Origin: the human T2T-CHM13v2.0 reference genome, Homo sapiens
DNA length: 64,000 bases
Assembly (NCBI RefSeq): GCF_009914755.1
Contig: NC_060944.1
Direction: 5' to 3' (one strand)
Both the position numbers and the translations under genes were made by a program. This document shows positions 63,620-64,000 of the stretch, piece by piece (position 1 is the stretch's first letter; every line of letters begins with the position of its first letter). The notes beneath the pieces are model-generated. The model was not told the DNA's origin and ran no database searches. It saw only the letters and a list, made by a program, of their open reading frames with translations.

Positions 63620-64000
63620 AAATGTAATCCCCAGTGTCAGAGATGGGGCCTGCTGGGAGGTGGCTGGTCCATGGGAGCAGTTTCCAGTGGTTCCCAGTGT
63701 TGGAGATGGGGCCTGCTGGAAGGTGGCTGGTCCATGGGAGCAGCCTCCAGTGGTTCCCACTGTCGGAGATGTGGCCTGCTGGGAGGTGGCTGGTCCATGG
63801 GAGCAGTTTCTAATGGATAAGCATAATCCCCCTAGCGCTGCTCTTGTGATAGAGTTCTCATGAGATCTTGTTGTTTAAAGTGTATAGGACCTTCCCCCTC
63901 TCTCTTCCTCCTGCTCTTGCTTTCCCTTCCACCATGATTGTTAAGTTTCCTGAGGCCTCCCCAGAAGCCGAGCAGATGTCAGCATCATGCTTGCTGTACA
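63620..64000 (+). mobile_element. MST-type MaLR LTR with an internal 63-bp triplication
   Basis: TGTAATCCCCAGTGT, GAGTTCTCATGAGATCT and CCATGATTGTTAAGTTTCCTGAGGCCTCCCCAGAAGCCGAGCAGATG. Confidence 0.88.

Overview
Primate (human/ape-like) repeat-dense DNA with no intact protein-coding gene. It reads as a pericentromeric or relic-subtelomeric segmental duplication of the 4q35-related type. All identifications are by eye and from recalled consensus sequences; no searches were run. From left to right: (1) an L1 fragment fused to an internalised degenerate (CCCTAA)n tract with TAR1, then a GC-rich ~320-bp array that is partly duplicated 4 kb away; (2) ~30 kb of nested L1/Alu/LTR, including a full-length dead L1PA6/7 and an LTR6A solo LTR; (3) two tandem genomic 5S rDNA units, one with a full-length 5S sequence and intact D-box, one deleted, with an LTR2 inserted in the first spacer; (4) an inverted D4Z4-like fragment carrying a homeobox-less DUX4-like pseudogene, fused directly to the 5S units; (5) a Tigger1 containing the MIR4477-type hairpin and a triplicated terminus; (6) an HML-2 LTR5 inside a CA-rich array; (7) an inverted duplication with a MER5-derived 75-bp minisatellite; (8) an ERVL pol relic, an L1 with templated-insertion scars, a (CCTT)n tract and an MST LTR. 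I see no convincing new gene system. The most interesting signals are the 5S-D4Z4-Tigger1 composite and the repair or template-switch scars.
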